This document shows, piece by piece, positions 56,794 through 57,309 of a DNA stretch of 57,309 bases. How positions within the stretch are numbered: the stretch's first letter is position 1; every line of letters begins with the position of its first letter. Where the stretch lies: IMG/VR virus record IMGVR_UViG_3300033183_000118, positions 1 to 57,309 of that record; one strand, 5' to 3'. Under the pieces are notes generated by a model. The model had not been told where the DNA came from and searched no databases. It saw only the letters and a program-made list of their open reading frames with translations. The DNA is from a virus (taxonomy: Duplodnaviria > Caudoviricetes). The translations under genes were made by a program, and so were the position numbers.

Positions 56794-57309
56794 ATGAGTA
56801 TTAAAGTAGGCACGAATACAGTCATTACAGATGACTTAGCCATAACCCTACCTATTACTGCGGGTGCTAGTACGGTTGCGGCACTAAGCGTTACTGATAC
56901 CTTGAACGTATCAAATCTGACTACCATCAGTGGTTTGCAGATTACGAGTGGTCTACCTCGTATCACCATGACTGATAACCAAGTCACGAACGGGACTTTT
57001 GAGTTAGAAACTAACAGTCTTGATTTTAACATCACACATAAACCTGACGGACAGGTATCCCGCCGCAGGATTACTGTAGCGGATGACGGCGACATCTCCT
57101 TCTACAATACGGCGGGAGATACGGCAAAAGTATTCTATGATGCGAGCAGCGGTAATCTGTTGGTGGGGACTACTAGCTACAACTCTAATAATGTTGGCAT
57201 TTTGAACAGTGCAAACGGCAGACTATATGCAACAGTTGACGGCAACACACCACTTAACCTCAATCGCAAAACATCAGACGGTGAACTTGCACGGTTCCAA
57301 AAAGACGGC
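56794..57309 (+). CDS. Tail fibre protein, truncated at the window end
   Basis: ATG 56794 after GGAG, open to the end; RITVADDGDISFY, SGNLLVGTT, LNRKTSDG fibre repeat motifs. Confidence 0.8.
   Translation, partial: MSIKVGTNTVITDDLAITLPITAGASTVAALSVTDTLNVSNLTTISGLQITSGLPRITMTDNQVTNGTFELETNSLDFNITHKPDGQVSRRRITVADDGDISFYNTAGDTAKVFYDASSGNLLVGTTSYNSNNVGILNSANGRLYATVDGNTPLNLNRKTSDGELARFQKDG

Noticed and set aside
57200-57309. Direct circular join of the window end to base 1
   Set aside because: No terminal overlap seen, and the two truncated ORFs look like different proteins, so sequence is probably missing
51900-57309. Diversity-generating retroelement or invertible fibre switch
   Set aside because: No reverse transcriptase, invertase or template/variable repeat pair detected

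Overview
A nearly complete, circularly permuted temperate dsDNA phage genome (~57 kb, podovirus-like architecture). The host is probably a marine alphaproteobacterium; this is an inference from apparent GANTC avoidance, a GcrA-like regulator and gene content. Both window ends fall in the tail-fibre cassette. Rightward late modules: terminase, portal and fibres (46.8-57.3 kb); scaffold, capsid, tail, internal virion proteins including a 3,207-aa polyvalent protein, and lysis (0.1-25.2 kb); and a cluster of small basic proteins with a lysozyme-like gene (31.7-35.0 kb). A divergent recombination/replication module (Cas4-like nuclease, SSB, Sak4-like ATPase | Cro-like HTH, PrimPol-helicase, resolvase) lies at 25.2-31.7 kb. 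A leftward early operon (46.4 to 35.0 kb) carries a CobS/CobT-like AAA+/VWA pair, a DenV-like glycosylase, a LuxR-type HTH and a tyrosine integrase. Most striking signals: (1) a short anticodon-arm attP-like core beside a complete tRNA-Thr(GGT) with a different anticodon stem, suggesting disrupt-and-replace integration; (2) 11 copies of a GGACGA-N19/20-YAnnnT late promoter with no phage RNA polymerase or sigma factor recognised; (3) a separate TGTA-N10-TACA operator set at early/middle control regions; (4) a multibranched 109-nt inverted-repeat element next to the primase gene; (5) ADP-ribosyltransferase and two zincin motifs in the giant protein; (6) a flavin-dependent halogenase in the fibre cassette. 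All family assignments come from motif recognition by eye, not database searches.
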